Positions 28,733 to 41,200 of a stretch of DNA of 64,000 bases are shown piece after piece (within the stretch, counting starts at the first letter, position 1; each line of letters begins with the position of its first letter). A program made the translations under genes and the position numbers. The notes under the pieces are model-generated. The model was given only the letters and a program-made list of their open reading frames with translations, was not told the DNA's origin and made no database searches. Source of the stretch: Octopus vulgaris (lineage: Eukaryota); the NCBI GenBank assembly GCA_951406725.2, contig OX597828.1, forward strand, positions 49,600,001 to 49,664,000, in the 5' to 3' direction.

Positions 28733-29174
28733 GTAGAAGACTGGTCCTCAGACGGACTCAAATCAGACCTTGAAAAGTGAGGGTATGTCATTAATGAGAT
28801 CGTAATTAGCAACGAAAGAACTCTGACAGAGAAAACTAACTAGTGCTTGATTATTCAATCAACACATTAAACAAACCATTGAATAGTTAATTGGTAAAAT
28901 AAAGAAGTGGTATTGAACCAGTGCGTGTGTTGGCAAAATGACCCTCCGTAGACACGACAAGATTTGTTTCAACACCAAGAATTCGCATATAAATCTTGCA
29001 AATCAAAAACAATAGATCTTTTTTCAAAATGTTAATGTGTTGTAAACGCTGGTTATTCTTCATTAATCCATAATTACTATTTGCTAATTAAATATTGTTT
29101 TTTAATTCATTTTATAGCCTTCTTTTGCTTCTTCTTCTTCCTTTTCTTATATACCATCTGGTTTTTAAAATTAA

Positions 29175-29205
29175 CCAATCAAAACGATTGTATATAGTGA
29201 CGTCA
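29175..29205 (+). promoter_or_regulatory. Candidate promoter: CCAAT (29175), TATATA (29191) and perfect CRE TGACGTCA (29198-29205)
   Basis: Motif cluster ~80 bp upstream of caaaATGt|gtatgt, the putative first coding exon of the macrodomain gene. Confidence 0.4.
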
Positions 29206-29280
29206 ACAATATACTACAAAGTTTCAGGTTTTCAAATATATTCATATATTAAACAATAGGATTCTGTTGAAGGTTTCAAA

Positions 29281-29284
29281 ATGT
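29281..29284 (+). CDS. Putative start exon (ATG T) of the macrodomain-like gene
   Basis: caaaATG context followed by a phase-1 donor gtatgt, compatible with the acceptors at 32413 and 32419. Confidence 0.35.
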
Positions 29285-29453
29285 GTATGTATCTTTGTAT
29301 ATTCCTCTATCTTTCTGCTTTAAGCGGCCGCATCGAGAAACACTCCATCACATCACGCTACGAATCTCTGTTCTACTCTTTCGTATGTGTATGTATGCGC
29401 TTGTGCGACTGTATAGAGCATGGTCGCAGTCTAATGGCTGAAACAAGTAAAAG

Positions 29454-29526
<73 letters not shown>

Positions 29527-29529
29527 ATG

Positions 29530-30131
29530 TGACTGTGACCGACCAGGCTATCAGATGTTGCTACACATCGCTGGTCACAATGCGCTTTGCATTATTTTAG
29601 GCTTCAAATGACGCCACCCCACTGGCTAAGCGAGCAGGCCAGCAGAAGAAAGAGTGAGAGAAAACTGTGGTGAAAGAGTACAGCAGGGATCGCCACACCC
29701 CTTGCCGGAGTCTCGTGGAGCATTTGGTGTTTTCGCTCAATATGGATGGAAGCACTCCGTCGGTTACGACGACGAGGGTTCCGGTTGATCCGAATCAACG
29801 GAACAGCCTGCTCGTGAAATTAACGTGTAAGTGGCTGAGCACTCCACAGACACGTGCACCCTTAACGTAGTTCTCGGGGATATTCAGCGTGACACAGAGA
29901 GTGACAAGGCCGGCCCTTTGAAATACAGGTACAACAGAAACAGGAAGTAAGAGTGAGAGAAAGTTGTGGTGAAAGAGTACAGCAGTGTTCACCACCATCC
30001 CCTGCCGGAGCCTCGTGGAGCTTTAGGTGTTTTCGCTCAATAAACACTCACAATGCCCGGTCTGGGAATCGAAACCGCGATCCTATGACCGCGAGTCCGC
30101 TGCCCTAACCACTGGGCCATTGTGCCTCCAC
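29530..30131 (-). mobile_element. SINE family B (29747-30131) joined to an alternative-tail variant (29530-29740)
   Basis: Matches 5843-6225 and 51947-52255 respectively. Confidence 0.85.
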
Positions 30132-30179
30132 ACACACACATATATTTCAGGCCTTGTGCCTAGAGAAGAAAAGATTGTT

Positions 30180-30985
30180 CTTTTACATGTTTCTGTCATT
30201 TGACTGCGGCCATGCTGGAGCACCGCATTTAGTCGACTCCAGGACAGATTCATTGTAAGTCTAGTACTTATTCTAGCGGATTATTTTTACCGAACTTCTA
30301 AGTTACGTGGACATAAACACACCAACATCGGTTGTCAAGCGATGGTGGTGGTGGTGGTAGGGGCAAACCCAGACACACAAACATATATATATATATATGT
30401 GTATATTACACACTCATATATATACATATATACGACGGGCTTCTTTCAGTTTCCATCTACCAAATCCACTCAAAAGGCCTTGGTCGCCCAGAGGCTATAG
30501 TAGAAGACACTTGCCCAAGGTGCGACGTTGTGAGACTGAAACTGGAACCCTCTCGCCCCGCGCATGTCTTTCCCCACATGTACCTCTCTCCATCTCTCTC
30601 CTCGCAACTCGTCCCAGCTCTCTCACATCCCTTTCCCTTTACCCATCTCTGTCCATCTGTCTGTCTCCATACATAATCTCACTTTCTACATCTCACTACA
30701 CACGTTTTTCTTTCTTCACATCACACCCCCTCTCCTTACGCACTTGATCATCTCCCTCTTATTTCTTTATTGCCCACAAGGGGCCAAACACAGAGGGGAC
30801 AAACAAGGACAGACAAAGGTATTAAGTCGATTACATCGACCCCAGTGCATAACTGGTACTTAATTTATCGACCCCGAAAGGATGAAAGGCAAAGTGGACC
30901 TCAGCACAGTTTGAACTCAGAACGTAACAGCAGACGAAATACGGCTATGCATTTCGTCCGGCGTGTTAACGTTTCTGCCAGCTCC
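30180..30985 (-). mobile_element. SINE family A (30180-30549) and SINE family C (30760-30985)
   Basis: Both match their consensus sequences. Confidence 0.8.
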
Positions 30986-31478
30986 CTCTTACCCACCCTC
31001 TCTCTCTCTCTCTCTTCATCTCTCTCCCCCCCTCTCTTTTTATTACAATATATTCATTTCTCCCTCTATCCCCGAATCAAGCGAGTCACTGATTCCCATC
31101 TAAGCACTTCATCTTCATATAAAAATCCAGTGTAACATTATATATTTACAAGTGTTCTCGTAATCTTCTCCAAACCTACCGAATGATTTAAACTCACTCG
31201 TAGTGTCTACAACCACAGTAGACTACACTTCTTTTTAGTTTATATTCGTCTAACATATTTACAGTTCCATGGATTTAGCTCAGATCTCGAAGGCGTCACA
31301 GATACAACCACTAAGATGATATACCAATAAAAAAACAACTCAACTGACATCTATTCTGGTAGATCGCTTTCTTTCCAAATGAAAGGTTTTTCGGTGATGT
31401 ATTTGTCTTGCAAATGATTTGATCTGAAACTAAAACAATTATAATGTAGAATACACAAATTAGTCATTAAAAATCTGC

Positions 31479-31894
31479 GGATCTTTTCGGTTTGAACGGC
31501 AGTTTTTTGTCGCGGTGTCATATGAAATTGTCACCCATAATTATGACCCTAGTATCGATCTATTGCATTTCAATTTGTTTTAGGGTTAGGGTTGGTTAGG
31601 GTTAGGGTTAGGGGTGGGGGGAAGGGTATCTTTTTTTCTTCACAAATGTAAATAAACCCAATCTGTTTCTTAAACGAGGGACATATTCATACGGCACAGA
31701 ATGTTTTTTACCTCAATGGACATCATTGATTGGTTGAAATTGCAGAGATTGAAGAAAAAAAAACCAACAAATATCTTACAAACCATAGAATTTTCTCAAT
31801 AAAGCCAAGAGAAAAAGATGTTTTATAAACACATTCTACCAGTATACGAAGTTTAAAAGTGTTTAGTTACCTGCCATTCAAACCGAAAAGATCA
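31479..31894. mobile_element. MITE (GGATC TIR family) with perfect 8-bp TSD aaatctgc and internal (TTAGGG)n
   Basis: TIRs and TSD are visible (31471-31478, 31895-31902). Confidence 0.92.
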
Positions 31895-32413
31895 AAATCT
31901 GCTAACTTCACTTGAAGTATTTAATATTTCGTGTCAAAATTTTCGCCACACTAACTGCAACCTGGTCACTGATACACTTCCACTGCATTGTAAAACTTTT
32001 GACACCAAATAATAAATGTTTAAGTGAAGTTAGTAGTGTTTTGGTGTTTTTGAAAGCTAATACGTGTTTCCCATGCCGTAATTGTTAAAACGTTTTCGTG
32101 TAGAATCATATTTAACACGATCGAGTGTTCTCAAACGTGAGAAGGCCTTTCGCTGCGGTGCTAGTTTCAGGGCAAAAAAACAACAACTCCTCTTTGAAAT
32201 GTGTAAAGATATAAGATGGGATGTCTTTACATATGTTTTACTGGAGAAAAATTTCCCCGGGACTAGCTCCATAGCGAAAGGTCTTTTAAATTCGACTGCA
32301 CTTGAACATGTTGAATATGACACGAATGTTCCATTCAATTCTGCTTTCGTGCGACATCATTTTATTTTTAAAAAGTTTTGTTTTTCTATTAATTTTTCTC
32401 TTTTGTTTTGTAG

Positions 32414-32812
32414 CTCTAGTTGATGAATTTGCTTTTAATGGTATTGTTATTCGTTTGATGGATGGAAAGGTAGAAAGTGGCGAAGGCGACGCGCTTCTGT
32501 TGCCAGCAAATCAAATTATTTCGAAACTAGAGGGCGTTACTGCAAGGATAGTTTATCTAGCACGAGATGCAATTGTGCCACAGCTTGAAAAGTATTATAA
32601 CATAGAACTGGACATTGGTACTACGCTGATCACATGTGCTGGTTCCTTGAAATTTAAGTACGTAATTCTTCTAGTTCTTCCTCACTATCGATTAGACAGG
32701 AATAACGATTATTGGAATTCGTTGATGAAACTTTCATTTTCCATCAGAAAGGCCGTCAATTCGGCCCAAAATGTACAAGCATCTGAGGTTGCAACACCAA
32801 TTTTGGGCATAG
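32414..32812 (+). CDS. Macrodomain-like protein, exon (degenerate macrodomain 1)
   Basis: IVIRLMDGKV...DALLLPAN...GV...G.TLITCAGSLKFKYVILLVLP...SEVATPILG follows the macro (A1pp) pattern. Acceptor ttttgtag (alternative at 32419); donor g|gtaagt, phase 1. Confidence 0.8.
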
Positions 32813-33052
32813 GTAAGTTTTTAAATATTATTACGATATTTTCTTCACGTGTTATAATAATATCCTCTCTACATTCCCTTCTTTTGTTCTCCCGATCTCC
32901 TTTCTGCTTTCGAACATCTACCATTTCGAACCCTCTTCGGGTCTTTCCCGACAGTTGTTTTTTCGTTAGACGTTGTATGTCTATCTCTTTCTGTCACCTA
33001 CATCTGATACAGGCCCTTAAAGTTGTGCGACCCTCATCCTTTTGTGTATGGT

Positions 33053-33698
33053 TCAAAATATTTTCTTTCTCGACTTACTCAAGATCTTTTGTTTTTTATA
33101 AATGGGAGAGCGATAGATAGAGAGAGATAGAGATTAAGAGAAAGCGAGGGAGTGTCCGAAAGAAAGGAAGAGTAAGAGAATGGGAAAGTGAGAGAGAAAG
33201 GAGAGAGAAACAAAGAGGGTGTATGTGGTGATAAAAAACAGAAAGGAAACAGAAAGTAGCAACCACACTCTTACCCGCGCGTAGAGCGGGTCACTTTAAG
33301 CTAGTATATATATTGTGACGGATAGATAAAACGTGTAGGAAGTTACTTTTGCCTTCTGTCAATTCATCTTTTGGTGCATATCACGAAGTTTTCACTAACC
33401 TGTTACCATTACTAATTACCACACCCTAAATATATCTCTACTAGCTTAAGGTGACCCGCTCTACGCGCGGGTAAGAGTGTGGTTGTTACTTTCTGTTTCC
33501 TTTCTGTTTTTTATCACCACATTCACCCTCTTTGTTTCTCTCTCCTTTCTCTCTCACTTTCCCACTCTCTTACTCTTCCTTTCTCTCGGACTCTCCCTCG
33601 CTTTCTTTTAATCTCTATCTTTCTCTATCTCTATCTATTTCTCTCCCATTTATAAAAAACAAAAGATCTTGAGTAAGTCGAGAAAGAAAATATTGTGA
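33053..33698. repeat. ~250-bp inverted repeat formed by two tail-to-tail Helitron-like 3' ends
   Basis: 33053-33305 is the reverse complement of 33440-33698. Each arm ends with the acccgc..gcgggt hairpin plus CTAG|T. Confidence 0.85.
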
Positions 33699-34694
33699 AA
33701 CATCAATCATAAATATCAGGCAGTGACAACGGAAAACACACTTGCCTTTTGTACGTGCTACTATTTGAGCGATTAAAAATAAGGGAAAAAGATTTCTTTG
33801 TTAAATTTAGTATTTATTTTGGGAATTTTTCGACAATTGACCATGCAAGTGAAAGCTCTAAACACGGGCTACATGCAGCCGAGAAGTCTTATTATAAGTC
33901 GAGGGTTTGGTAGGTCTTTTCTATCCCCAGTTTTCGTTTAATGAAATTACTATTGTACTTTGCTAACATTTAGGAATTTTACTATAGTTGAGACGAGCAA
34001 ACGTTGAACCTGGTGCCATGTGGTATTTGTTCCGGCTGTTTGTGTTCTCAGCTCGAATCCCTCCATGGCCTACTTAGGTGACAGACTTAATCCATTACCT
34101 CGCTTAACACCATCACCTTAACCTTGGGTGTCTTTGATGATGGCCACTGTGTTGCAAGCATTCAGGTTAGGTCTCCAGTTTGAGACTCTTTATTCCCTTC
34201 CTCCCTCGAGAACCGTCTGTCTCGAGAACCCTGTCAAGTCTCGTGGACACTGCCTTCTCTTTTGACTAAAAGATAAAAAAAAGTGAAGAGTTAGGCAACT
34301 TCTGTAACACAACCTCTCCTGTATTGTTTTTTTCCCCTCTTTACATCGAGTATTAGGTTGTCTTGTCCAGGAGTTTTACTCTCTTCACGTGCACTCCTTT
34401 TCGTGTGTGCTCTTCTTCAGGTCTACTCCCCGTTGTGCGTTATAATTTTTGGCACTTGTGTTGTTCTGTATATGATTATGGCTAGTTCTGGTATTACAAT
34501 CGTTAGCTCCTACACGCAATTTTTTTCCCTCCTTGTTTCTCTCCGTGTTTCTTTTCTGTGTATCTTTCTGCCAAAGAGCGTAGGCTCGAAACGTAAAAGA
34601 CTTCTTTTATTTCTATTCCTGAGCGCCATACTAATACATTGTTTGTTTGTACTCCACCTGCCTGCGTTTTTTGTTTATTTTCGTAAACCTTCCG

Positions 34695-34760
<66 letters not shown>

Positions 34761-35024
34761 TACCTGTTACGTTGCACTTTTTCCGCTTTTATTTCTGTTG
34801 CAGTCAGTTATAACTCCATTTTCTTTTCATATTTTTATTTTGAAATTTCCCTTTCTTTATTCTTTTTAACGATTTTAAACGTTTTCCGCTTGTTGAGTTG
34901 TAATTTCTATAAAAGTCCATGTAGTTTCTTATCCTGTCTCCTGTTCTGTTTTATCTGTTTAAACCGTTCGGCTTCTCCAGTGTGGAATTAAGTTTACTTC
35001 AGCATTAATTCATTTCACGCTTTT

Positions 35025-35212
35025 ACGCTTTTACTTGTTTCAGTCATTTGACTGTGGCCATGCTGGAGCACCGCCTTTAGTCGAGAAAATCGACCCCGGG
35101 ACTTATTCTTTGTAAGCCCAGTACTTATTCTATCGGTATCTTTTGCCGAACCGCTAAGTGACGGGGACGTAAACACACCAGCATCGGTTGTCAAGCAATG
35201 CTAGGGGGACAA

Positions 35213-35273
<61 letters not shown>

Positions 35274-35445
35274 CATATATACGACGGGCTTCTTTCAGTT
35301 TCCGTCTACCAAATCCACTCACAAGGCATTGGTCGGCCCGGGGCTATAGCAGAAGATACTTGCCCAAGGTGCCACGCAGTGGGACTGAACCCGGAACCAT
35401 GTGGTTGGTTAGCAAGCTACTTACCACACAGCCACTCCTGCACCT
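35025..35445 (-). mobile_element. SINE family A
   Basis: Near-consensus copy. Confidence 0.9.
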
Positions 35446-36274
35446 ATTTCATCAGGTTTTTCCAATAATGTTCCTGCTTTCATCGCGTCATTCCCGTAGT
35501 TTTCAACTATTTCGATGACTGCTGTTACTCGGTTGTTGTTGTTGTTGTTGGTGGTGTTGCCTAAAGTTTCGCTGTTATTACTTTCTATTCACTGTTTATT
35601 GTTCTTTTAAGGTCAGTTTCATTAGAAAAGACCAATTTCAGTTTTGACAATTGTTATTGATCCCACTGTGTAACACGATTTTTTGTCCATGGGTAGCAGC
35701 TGTTATTTCTTATTTGCTTACCCCTAGAAAGTATGAAAAATGGTTAATATTATAGGCACAAAGCGTGAAATTTGTGGAGGAGGGGGCAAGTCGATCACAT
35801 CGACCCCAGTGTTTGACTGGTACTTATTTTATTGACCCCGAAAGGATGAAAGGCAAAATCGACCTCGGAGGAATTTGAACTTAGAACGTAAATACGGACG
35901 AAATACCGCTAAGTATTTTGCCCGGAATGCTGACGATTCTGCCAATCTACATCAATAAAGATTACGTAATTTGAATTTTTCCGGGTACTTTTTTGTTGGT
36001 TCTTCTTTTTGAAGAAGCTATTAAATCATTAAATTATTCCTAAATTAAAAACTGAAATTTAAATTTGCAGCAAAGGAGAGCCAGATTTCGTTTTCCGTTT
36101 GCAGATCTTTTTACTTTGCTTAAACTGTTATTCTTGCCCCCCACCACCAAAAAAAAGGGTTATAAAATTCGTCACGCATGCTTTTTCTCTCTTTTAATCC
36201 ATGAATCTAAACATCCGTCCAATCACGAGAGAATCGAATTAAATAACACGTGTTTATGATTCTTTTATCCATAG

Positions 36275-36796
36275 ACAAGGGTTACTCTCCTAGCTTATGT
36301 GCTGAAGCCTTCGTGGAGGGTTTACTGTGGTTTTTCGATAATCCCAATACGAGACAGAAGACACAGATTTTCAATATCTACTCAAAGAATAAAGCCGCCC
36401 TAATCCTTATGGCTTTAGCTATTGAAAAACGAGTATTTCCATTTGGTAAGAGAACTGTGTTTAGTGACGTGTTCCAAATCCGCAAGTGTAGGATTTTGGA
36501 ACCCACAACCAATGCTGTGATAGCTGTTGTTTCAAGATCTGCCTTTGAAGATATTCAACAACGTGCGAATAGCCATAAGACTAATGAATACACTGTTTTA
36601 TGTAATTCTGAGGACAGTATTCACATGATAGCCGTTGAACAGATGAATGGACGGTCGCTAAACGAAGTGATGTATGTTGCTGCACCCGAAAGCAAAGCCG
36701 TAGACGAATATAAATATTTTATAAAAGTACTCATCGACCAAATGCAAAGAACTTTTGAGAGAAATCAAAAGGATATTTCAGTAGTCCTAGACTTTG
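36275..36796 (+). CDS. Macrodomain-like protein, exon (end of macro 1 and most of a second degenerate macro-like domain)
   Basis: Acceptor ttttatccatag; the phase-1 join reads PILGI-D-KGYSPSLCAEAFVEG; 522-nt open frame; donor g|gtgagt. Confidence 0.8.
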
Positions 36797-36838
36797 GTGA
36801 GTATTGGATTTCAATATTCCTTACACATACGTTTCCAA

Positions 36839-39100
36839 CACCAGGCAACAAAAATGTTGTTACAGAAGACCAAATAGGTGTTTCTAGCTAATTTCCGTTT
36901 GCTGATTTCAAATTTGTAATTAGATTTTTTCTGTCGCGTCTAGATTTTATGTAAAATGCAAATCACTCAGTAAAACTTCCTACCACGCCCAGATTTTGGT
37001 TTTAATCATCTTAATGCCAGCAATATGAAACTTACTTTTCAAGATTAAGGCAATTTTTGTTTGCCAACTATATACAAATTCTAACGATTTTGATCAATAA
37101 AATTTATCCCGAGTTGGCAACACTGACTCAAGAGCAAAGTAACGGCCCAAAGGTCAGTTGCTATGTGACAGTCAAATAGAGCGGTTGTTGAAGGCAGCAG
37201 TTCATTTGAAGATTTTGAGTGTGATATAGAAATAGGGGTAGATTGCGTATATGTCCCAGATGCAACTAGGTCCCCACATTTGTTAAATTAAGCATATATT
37301 AAATGATTTAGCGCGCAATTTGAAATTACCAAACGAAAAGGCAGAGTCGCTTGGTTCCAGACTTCAAGAATGGAATTTTCTCCAGCCAAACACCAGAGTT
37401 CCCCCATTTCCGCCATCGCCATCTGCAGTTTTCATTATTTTTCTTGCCATGATACCAATGGTCTGATGAAAAGGATTGGCTTTCCCTATGATCCAAAAGA
37501 ATGAAACTGTTCATTGACTCCAGTAAAGCTAGCCTTTAAGCTGTATTACTGGGCAACGGCTATACAAAACTTTCAATACCTTGTAGCATATGCCACTGGC
37601 CTAATGAGACTTATGAATCAATGGTGTGGTGTTAGTGGTGTTATGGGTTGTGATGAGCTATGTGGTGTTGGTGGAGGAGATTGCAGATGAGGTGGACGGA
37701 AGTAAGAACTGCAGGGGCCTGTGACACAGGCACAGGACATGCGTGGGCAGGAAGCACGTGTGGTCAGTTCGAGCAGAGACGGCAGCGAGACAAGACGTGT
37801 TTAATTCGTGAGAGTGACCGCTGATTCCGCCGAGGTCAACAGGTAAGGCCTTTTATATTTCTTTCTCCCGTTTACTTCTTTTTCTGTGGTCCTTTTCCTC
37901 CGTCACACCACAAATGGTACTGCTGCTAAGACTCATCAAACATAAGGACCACATATGGAATATTTGTGGCGACCTTAAAGTTGTATCATTACTTCTTGGG
38001 TTACAGTTGGTCTACACAAAGCATATGTGCTTTTTGTGTCCATGGAACAGCAGAAATGACAAGAACCACTGCAAAAATCATGACTGACCATCTAGAACTG
38101 AACATGTTGCTGGTAAAACAATGAGAAACACCCACCACTTATTGACCGTCAGAAAGTACATCTTCCACCACTTCACATTAAACTTGGCCTTATGAAAAAT
38201 TTCGTGAAGAGTATGGATGATCGAGGGAGTAGTTCTCAATATTTAAAGGATAAATTCAAAGGAATATTGACAGATGCTTAGCTAGAAGCTGGAGATTTTA
38301 CTAGACCATAGATCTGCAGTGTTATCCACGTTTTATCGTTTCCGTCTGGTTTAAACGAGGATGAACTAAGTGCATGGACATCTTTTGTTGAAGTTGTCAA
38401 AAATTTTCTTGGAAACCACAAAGCTGAAAACCACCATAAACTCGTAGAAAACATGCTTAAATCTTATGAAAAAATGGGATGCAGAATGTCTTTGAAAATA
38501 CATTTTTTTTTCAGGGCTCGCCTAGGCTTTTTTTCGGTCAACCTTGGGTTGTGAGTGACGAGCATGGAGAGCGCTTCCACCAACAGATTTCAGTTAGGGA
38601 AAACAAATATCAAGGTAATTTCAGCCCAAATATGATGAGAGATTACTGTTGGTTCCTGCAGAAGGAAGGACGCTTTTCATCCTACAAACAACAAAGGAAG
38701 AGGAAACACCAAAGTTTCACTTAAGAACGGGAAGTTGCCTTTCGGTAGTAACAACAAAATACTGGCGCGTTTTGGGTGGATGATTGGGCGCAGGGGTGGT
38801 AACTCTGCCAGCGGAATTCTATTGTCTGTCTTAAGCTGGAATAAGGAGGAAAGTCATTCCTGTTCGTTAATTATTTAAATATTCTTAACATAGAACATGG
38901 TATGGAAAAGTAGCTTTCGTAATAGAAGTAGGTGAGAAAAAAAAAAAGGAAAATAGGGGTTTTCGGTTACACAAAATCTGGATGTTGATCGAGAAATTTA
39001 GATATCTGATCTGAAATTAACATCAGAAATTTGGTCGGAATCAGTAAGTTTACGTGTCTGTAACAAAAAAAAAAAAAAAGTTCAAATTTGTTGTCGGGTG
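36839..39100 (+). mobile_element. Decayed Chapaev3-like DNA transposon
   Basis: Frameshifted transposase motifs WNICGDLKVV.LLLGLQ..YTK..CFLC.W.SR, LPPLHIKLGLMKNFVK, VSDEHGERFHQ and MMRDYCW. Imperfect TIRs CACCAGGCAACAAA / TTTGTTGTCGGGTG; flanks caa/taa. The family name is from recalled motifs, not a search. Confidence 0.75.
37625..37912. mobile_element. Solo LTR with 5-bp TSD (aatgg), inserted in the transposase
   Basis: TGTGGTG...CACCACA termini. Removing it restores the reading YESMVLLLRLIKH...ICGDLKV. Confidence 0.8.
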
Positions 39101-39134
39101 TAATAAATAAATAATGTGATTAACACTGCGCGCG

Positions 39135-39155
39135 ACACGCACACACACACACACA

Positions 39156-39239
<84 letters not shown>

Positions 39240-39240
39240 T

Positions 39241-39274
<34 letters not shown>

Positions 39275-39441
39275 CACACACACACACACACACACACACA
39301 ACACACACACACAAACAAACACACACACACAAACACACACACACACACACACACACATACACATGCACATACACACACACAAACACACACACACATATGC
39401 ACACACATTCACACGCACATACTTACGCACACACACACACA
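39135..39441. repeat. (CA)n microsatellite
   Basis: Directly visible. Confidence 0.98.
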
Positions 39442-39787
39442 TTGCCGAAATGCAAGAAATTAAACAACAAATAGCTTACAAACTACAGAATTTTCTCAAG
39501 AAAGCCAAGAGAAAAAGATGTTTTATGTGACACATTCTACCACTATACGAAGTTTAAAAGTGTTTAGTTACAAAGAAATTATTTTAAAAATCTGCCGGTC
39601 AAAGGGAAAAGATCCGAAACAAGACTTAGTGTTGGTGCATTTGGCTTCATTTATATTCTAGAGATGCATGGAAATCACAACAGGATTCGAAGAAATTTGT
39701 TGTTACACTTTCATAATTTTCTTTCTTCTATTTGAAAAAAAAAGGGGGAATCTTTCTTGAAATATCAAAGGGCCATTAAATAACCTA

Positions 39788-40194
39788 TTTACTCTTTTAC
39801 TTGTTTCAGTCATTTGACTGCGGCCATGCTGGAGCACCGCCTTTAGTCGAGCAAATCGACCCCGGGACTTATTCTTTTGTAAGCCCAGTACTTATTCTAT
39901 CGGTCTCTTTTGCCGAACCGCTAAGTGACGGGGACGTAAACACACCAGCATCGGTTGTCAAGCAATGCTAGGGGGACAAACACACACACACAAACATATA
40001 CACATACATATATATATATATACATATATACGACGGGCTTCTTTCCGTTTCCGTCTACCAAATCCACTCACAAGGCATTGGTCGGCCCGGGGCTATAGCA
40101 GAAGACACTTGCCCAAGATGCCACGCAGTGGGACTGAACCCGGAACCATGTGGTTCGTAAGCAAGCTACTTACCACACAGCCACTCCTGCGCCT
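39788..40194 (-). mobile_element. SINE family A, full length
   Basis: - strand head aggcgcaggagtggctgtgtggtaag...ggttcagtccc, followed by a cttgggcaagtg CORE-like block. Confidence 0.9.
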
Positions 40195-40482
40195 ATGTAA
40201 GCTAATACAATAACTTTTCTCTTCGTTCTCACTTACTGACATCACCTCATATAGTTTGTTTAGTTCCACAAACCCGCATTGCTCAAAGGTAGGTTTTCCC
40301 CAAGCATTTATATCATTTATGCATACTGCAATGATTCAAGCAAACTAATTACTGTTTTAAAGGTATTTAAAAACTTGTGCTTGATTTGTATTTCTCACTA
40401 GTAAATATTCTGCTATTGTTGTTTCTTATCACTTCAAAGGCATCATTAAAATAACATTTTATATTTTATGACTTTTTTTCAG

Positions 40483-40506
40483 ATGGCGCTGTTCAGCCTT
40501 TCTGTG
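40483..40506 (+). CDS. Putative 24-nt microexon of the macrodomain-like gene (DGAVQPFC)
   Basis: Strong acceptor tgactttttttcag and donor g|gttagt; phase 1-1, so it preserves frame. Confidence 0.5.
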
Positions 40507-40609
40507 GTTAGTTTACGAAATATTATTTCTATTTTTAACAAAGCAATTAAAACTGATGGTATAAAATTGACTAATCAACTCGTAAATACTCTCTCTCTCT
40601 CCCTCTCCC

Positions 40610-41128
40610 TCTTTTACTTGTTTCAGTCATTTGACTGTGGCCATGCTGGAGCACCACCTGTAGTCGAGCAAATCGACCCCAGGACTTATTCTTTGTAAGC
40701 CTAGTACTTATTCTATCGGTCTCTTTTGCCGAACCGCTAAGTGACGGGGACGTAAACACACCAGCATCGGTTGTCAAGCGATGTTGGGAGGACAAACACA
40801 GACACACAAACACATACACACTCATACATATATACGCGAGTACTGTCCAAATCTCCGACCAATCACATACAGCTAGCTGGCATTCAATTGGCGTATCAAG
40901 TTTCGGGCATTTTGATTGGGTTTTGGATCGAAAATTCACAAAAAAGTCACTTCTATTTATTTTTTTAATGGCTTTGCGGGGTGACTGGGGAAATGTAAAG
41001 AAGTGCACGACCATCCTTCGACGGCTTTGAATGACCATAGAAAGTGCGAGCCCTCTAACTGAAAAACTGTGGATTTGTATAAAGGACACACACACAGACA
41101 CAGACATTTTGCCGTTTATATATATAGA
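40610..41128 (-). mobile_element. Chimera of a SINE A tail (40610-40833) and a Helitron-like 5' part (40834-41128)
   Basis: The second part matches 18787-19078. Confidence 0.8.
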
Positions 41129-41200
41129 TTTTCAAAGTAGAATTTCTTAATAAATAATCTTCTGCAATGACATTGTCTTTTGTTTTTATTGTTGTTTCAG

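Noticed and set aside
31580-31626. TTAGGG repeats as a telomere or chromosome fusion scar
   Set aside because: They are an internal part of a MITE present in three copies.
32813-33120. ORF-track extensions of 32302-33120, 36250-36891 and 51469-51711 beyond the exon limits
   Set aside because: These are read-through into introns past clear splice sites.
35198-35518. Recurrent ORFs containing [15 protein letters not shown]...GTEPGTMWLVSKLLTTQP
   Set aside because: These are antisense translations of SINE family A, found in many copies.
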